A DNA stretch of 43,235 bases, taken from NCBI GenBank assembly GCA_048213135.1, contig PS015221.1, positions 22,782-66,016 on the forward strand, written 5' to 3'. Under the pieces are notes generated by a model. The model saw only the letters and a program-made list of their open reading frames with translations. It ran no database searches and had not been told where the DNA came from. The DNA comes from Reclinomonas americana ATCC 50394 (taxonomy: Eukaryota). This document shows positions 38,050 through 43,235 of the stretch, one piece after another. Both the position numbers and the translations under genes were made by a program. The number at the start of each line of letters is the position of its first letter. The stretch's first letter is position 1.

Positions 38050-40191
38050 TTAGGAGCTTGTCGGTGCCCAGGCGCCCGGATAGTACCTGAGCAAGAGAGG
38101 TGAGACGGGCCAGTCACGACCAGCAGGGAAAGTGAATGAATGACACGTACTTGGCCAGTACGAATCCGCCCGCCGCGCCTGTGCGATCGCACATTATTGT
38201 AAGTGATCTGGCAGTGATCAAGATCAGTGGTGGAGGAAAAGGTAAACGTACCGACAATTAGGCCTGCGTTTAGGGCAAACGACTGCATATAGGATGAGAA
38301 ATCAGCGAGGCCAGGCGCGCGAGACAGGCAACGAAAGCGCACCATAAAAGTACCCGCCAGTTCCTGGAGTTCTCTGCGCTGCGTTGGCGAAATATTGCGC
38401 TCCTTCAGCACGTCATCATTGACCGCACCTGCGCCGAACAGTGAGAAAGGGAAGTGGTGCTGTGAGGAGAGTAGGGCGAGATCGCAACTGCTGCCATAAA
38501 TCATCGACAGCGCTGCGCGTACGAGGAGTGAGTGCGGATAATCAAGAAGTTTGCAAGGCGCAGCACGTTGTGCGCAACTGCCAAAGAGGCCATTCGTGAA
38601 ACCGAGGGCCACAATAATGACGTAGATGCCTGTCACGGGTAATGCAAGCCACCATGAGCACCACCAACAACAACAACAACAACAGAGAGGAAAAAAGGAA
38701 AGCACAACGCACCAGCTAGCGAATCGATCCAGTACGGTTTCACCATCATCAGCGTCGGTACAATGAGCACCACACGAGCGACCGACGAGAACATGATCCA
38801 CGAGCGAGGAACCAGCAGCACCCACTTATTGATAAGGCGCCCGAGAAAATCGGCAGCATTGAACACGCACTGCACGGCGTGGAGCGTCAGTCAATACAAT
38901 CAGCGAGCGAGTAAATGCGCTGACAGACAGCACACGCAACAATGGTGACCACCGGAAAGATACTTGGTGGGAAATGCCAGCCATTCGGTAGTGGGATTTC
39001 TGACAAGAAGCCGGGGAACACGAGCAACGACACAGCATAGACGGCGAACACCGAGATCGCTTCGGGAAGACAAAACTTGGCCGCGCGCCACACTCGACGC
39101 ATACCAGGCAGTTTCTGCACCAGCAATGAGAAACCAACGCGGCTGCGTGTAGAAAGTCAAACGTTGCGCAACAGGCGGTGCTGCTGCCTCGGCACCCAGC
39201 AGCTTCTTGGTCTCTGTGTTCTGATCACTCCGCAGTGCCGATTCAGCGTCGCCATTTGCCTCCTCTCGATTCACCGAGGCGGCGACCACGCGCTGTTGTC
39301 GCCGATGCTTCCTCACAACCTGTAATTGAGGAGGTTGGCAACCTAGTCGGTGAATGCACGGCGAATCAGCAGGAGTGGCGAACGCAACGAAATAGTGGAA
39401 AAAGTCGGAGCGGCGGATGAAAGCGTAGCCGACGACACACAGCAGCAGCACGCCGGCCGACATGGAGAAGAAGATGACGGCACCCGTGTCCACGTCTGCA
39501 CGAAACTCACGAGCGTGAGGCGCAAACGCGTGCACACAACCCACCACCGACCGACACCAGCGCCATGTACCTTTCATCGGCAACAGACACACAATGAGAA
39601 GGCGCAGAACCGAGATCACCACCGACGAGCAGCCGATGCCGAGCAGAGTCGACTGCACATACGCCTCCGGGAACAGCGTGGCCAGTGCAATCACACTGCT
39701 GTCCAGTACCGACGCGGTGAGACCTGTGCGAAACCATGCATGTGAGCACGCTCCGCTCAACGACACAGCTCGTCGAAGAATATCCGCGCACCTGCGAGGC
39801 CGACCAGCGCCACAAACATGCCATACGCCACATCCGGCGACGAGATCAGGTGGCCCACCGCCGGTGCCAGTCCCACAATCACCCCATCGATCACCAGCGA
39901 CACGAGAATACGCACCGAGAATGGCACCTTGCGCAGCCACAGAAACACAGGCAAGAACGCTGCATAGAGGTCAGCACACAGAGCAAGGAGGGAAGCATGC
40001 CTACACGCACTCACCAACAAAGGATGTCAAGTTGTAGACCATGGACACGGTGGCATTGATGCCGAGGGCATGCGTCGGGTACTGTGAGGAGAAATAGTCT
40101 GCATGCAGGGAGTAGGGAGTTAGTGACAGTCACAGTGACACACGCATAGAGCCAGCTTACCGACAGCAGACACAAAGCTGCACACGGAAGA

Positions 40192-40285
<94 letters not shown>

Positions 40286-40455
40286 GCGGCGACGACCGAC
40301 GTAGTGTGGTAGGAGTACTACTACTACCGTACCGTACGTAGTAGTGTGTGTTGTGTGTGTGTGTGTGGTAGTGGTAGTGGTNNNNNNNNNNNNNNNNNNN
40401 NGTACGTACGTACGTACGTAGTACGTAGTAGTAGTAGTAGTAGTAGTCGTAGTAG

Positions 40456-40554
<99 letters not shown>

Positions 40555-40879
40555 GCGCCACCAAGATTCGTGAGGGATCATCACACCTGTAGAATGCTGT
40601 GTGTGTTCGTGTGTGAGTGAGTGACTGTGAGTGTGGAGAAGGGGGAGAAGGCGGGTGAGCGCGCAACGAAGCAAGTAGCCGGCGCCAAGCAGCAAGAAGA
40701 GGCACCACACGGCAGAGAACTGTGTGTGCACACATTGAGCATTCATGCACGACTGCTGCACCTGCGTGTGTGTGTCACAACGCAACGCGATCGCGTGGAA
40801 TAACATCGCGCTCTGTGTCAATCGCCGTTGTGTCGTCACCCGGCTCGGCGATGATGAGAGAGCCGTACCGAGAGAGCAT
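38050..40879 (-). CDS. Equilibrative nucleoside transporter (ENT/SLC29 family), about 17 exons
   Basis: PRDR|FSAVWCLFLLLGAGYLLP|FYS|FVSAV|DYF, LFPEAYVQSTLLG, VSLLVFPG, VFNAADFLGR, LGFTNGLFG, ELAGTFM|SFALNAGLIVG. The last exon (to TAA at 38050) is inferred; an alternative stop lies at 38114. Confidence 0.92.
40196..40551. repeat. Compound microsatellite (GT)n(GA)n(TAG)n(GTAC)n within ENT intron 3, around a gap
   Basis: Directly visible. A (GT)n(GA)n block lies on both sides of gap 40382-40401. Confidence 0.95.
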
Positions 40880-40979
40880 TCTGTCTCTCTATGTCTCTCA
40901 GCGTTCGGAAACGATGGGGGGTCAATGTCGAACACACTCCCGATCACCGAACCGGCATGCATGCACAAAAAACCTATGT

Positions 40980-43235
40980 TCATTCCGCTGGAGGCGGTGC
41001 AGTAAAGAGGGCGCGCGGGGCCATGCCGCCAACGCCAGTGGCGCCACCGAGATTTCGATAGAGAGGCGAGGCGGTGCTGACCTCCATCTCCTCTCCTGGC
41101 GCATCATCATCATCGTGCATCTCAATCTCGACATTGGTGGGATGCACGACTGGCATGTGCGACGCTGCGTCGACGGGTCCCGACGAGGACACCAGCGCGG
41201 GTGGCGGTGGCAACAGAGGTCCCGCAGACAGTGGTAGGGGAGCGAGGAGATGGCCATTGGCGTCGACGGGCGGAGTTCCTAGCATAATGCTGCGTCGCCG
41301 ATTGAGCACGGTGATGGCCGGCGACGGTGGCGGCGTGAATGTCGGATCGGTGTTGCGTTTCCGGAACAGCTGCTTCAGTTGACCCTCGGCGCGGTTCTTG
41401 CGGATCGACAAGTGAGCCTGCCGCAACGGGTGGGTAAGGAACGGATGCAAGGAGGAGAAGAAGAGGACGAGCACGTCACACCTTGCGCGACACAGCGGGT
41501 GAAAACGAGAGCGATGACGACGGTCCTTCGCCGAGCTTCCACGAACTCCGATAGCGTTGTTCGCGCACGTAGAGAAACACAAAAGCGGCGACCACCAGTG
41601 CCAGGAAGAACCAGACGGGCAGAAACACGGCCCATAATGGCGTGTGGGCATCGCTCAGCATGCGCTGCAAAGGAGAGGACGTGAGATGGCGCACAAGGGC
41701 GAGGCGAGTGGGCCAACTTTGTGTCACACCTCGCACACGATAATCTGGATCACCACCACCGGGAACACGATGCAGAAGAAACCAATGCCCACTGCGGCCA
41801 TGTAAATCCAAAAGTACGCACACTTGGAGACCATTGTGGAGTACGGCTCATTGCGCCGACGGAAGCCAAAGTACCACGAGACAACTGCCGAACGATACAC
41901 AGACGGGTGAGTGCCGACATCCTCGTGCGTGTACGTGCAGCGGGGAGCGTGGCGCCGCAACAGAGCGTGGCCACGAATTCTTGAACAAACAGCGGCAGGA
42001 AGAGCAGGTATGGATTGGTTTCTGCCAGCACGCCGAAATTCTCGAACCGGCCCACCAGCAGCGCACAGGTGATTACTGGCGGCGCCGCCTGCAGACCAAT
42101 GAGGAGATACTTGCCCCAGGCCAGGCCGGGTGCTGTGCATTAGATTGTCTCTTCAGGTGAAGATCCCATGCAGCAATGGTGCGAGTGACGCACCCTTTTT
42201 GCCCGACACCAGACGTGACTCCAGAGCCACGCTGCGGCGACGGGAGAACCGCGACTCGGCCTCGTGAGCCGGCAACTCGAGTTTTGCGCGGTCCGCTGTA
42301 ATGGCAACAACAATTAGAGGCGCCTCGGAAGTGAAGAGGGGAGCATACCGGGCACAACGCAACGCTCGTACACGCTGCCGCGCACGTGCACCATGGACCG
42401 CGAATCGCGGACCAAACGAATCGGCAAGTAGCTGCAGTGGAAATGAGCAGCTGCTGTGCAGAGACACTCGCCCTTCCCTCCACAAGTTACCTTTCGCCAT
42501 ACTCGGACGCCTCGTCGGCACTATTGAATTTCTTCTCGGACCTGGGTTTCCAGCACAAGAAGACTCGCAGCAAGAAGAGAATGCCGGCAATGAGGAACGG
42601 CAGGAAGACGAGCGCGTTGGGAATGGTGCTGCTGGCGTCCTGCCGCTGCTGTTCCAGCCGCAGTACGAGCAGTACGAGGAAGCCAATGATTGACAACACC
42701 ACCAACATGAGCCAGAGGCACTGCACTCGCGGCAGCTCGGCGCCGCATACGTAGTGTGCTCGCCTTCTGGCAATGCACGACACAAAGGTGCTCCATCGCG
42801 GATTCCATCTCTTCGCCACATACACCGGTAACATGCCGGAGCCGGAGCAAAAGTAGGCCGCTAATACGGGCGTCACTCGCACCGCTGTGGAGGTGGTGAG
42901 AGGCGGCGAGATGGAACAAGCGAGGTAGCTGCTGACTGACCGAAAAACGCAAATGCCACCCACAGCGGAATAAAGACAATGCCCCAGTTCGTGGAGATGG
43001 TGCCGTTGAGCTGGAGAAAGAGGATGATGCTGAAAATTACAATAAGGGCCTGCGCGGATGTGTGTGGAGTGGTGAGACACCGCACAGTGAGAGGAGTGAG
43101 AAACAACCTCACGCACCGCTGTGATAATGTCCATTAGCGGTTGTGCAGCAAAGCACATTCGATTATACCACCCGCGGGAGGTTCGATACATATCCTTGTC
43201 CTGTGGCGACTGGGTGTGAGCTGACGGAAGTGGAG
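40980..43235 (-). CDS. Multi-pass membrane protein with repeated W-x-x-VF-x-P-L/V-W motifs (TMEM185/TMEM60-like); 5' end outside window
   Basis: FSIILFLQLNGTISTNWGIVFIPLW, LVLRLE...ALVFLPFL, YLLFLPLF and LWAVFLPVW, followed by a Pro-rich cytosolic tail ending in TGA at 40980. Confidence 0.7.

Larger units (their letters stand above)
894..40401. other. Assembly gaps: 894-1513, 4272-5151, 15906-16108, 16965-17226, 28631-28654, 29432-30344, 40382-40401
   Basis: Runs of N. Confidence 1.

Noticed and set aside
40196-40551. Duplicated compound microsatellite as a functional element or telomere
   Set aside because: It flanks an N-gap and has scrambled GTAC/TAG repeats typical of low-quality reads. 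It is likely partly an assembly artefact.
10410-40879. Functional gene cluster (phosphate exporter, cyclase, USP, nucleoside transporter)
   Set aside because: Orientations are mixed and unrelated housekeeping genes are interspersed. There is no evidence beyond adjacency.
1-43235. Prokaryotic systems (operons, CRISPR, defence islands, IS elements)
   Set aside because: The genes are spliceosomal-intron-rich eukaryotic genes. I saw no repeat-spacer array, transposase or terminal repeats.
1-43235. Alternative genetic code or pseudogenes suggested by fragmented ORFs
   Set aside because: In the genes I traced, every interruption is explained by a GT-AG intron. TAA, TAG and TGA all end genes.

Overview
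Gene-dense, intron-rich nuclear DNA of a eukaryote, probably a protist with aerobic mitochondria, from a draft scaffold with 7 N-gaps. I spliced the genes by hand, using conserved protein motifs to fix the junctions. Introns are short (mostly about 55-120 nt) GT-AG, and the genetic code is standard. About 15 genes are present: an unknown helical-repeat protein, ATP11/ATPAF1, cysteine synthase, a claudin-like tetraspan, an SPX-EXS (XPR1/PHO1-like) protein, an F-box/LRR protein, a small membrane protein, a universal stress protein, a giant soluble adenylyl cyclase (ADCY10-like), a low-complexity protein, a C3orf33-like protein head-to-head with mitochondrial SerRS, a BRCT-containing Pol X (Pol lambda-like), an equilibrative nucleoside transporter and a TMEM185-like protein. 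The most striking signal is in the splicing code. About 29 donors belong to a second class shifted by one nucleotide (GTTGCGT/GTTGAGT/GTTACG, conserved G at +6 instead of +5). They nearly always follow a non-G exon end, often CA. This resembles the rare shifted-register U1 sites of mammals, but here it is used as a major class. Also notable are a tandem array of PKA sites just before the cyclase catalytic core, micro-exons, and extremely short intergenic distances.
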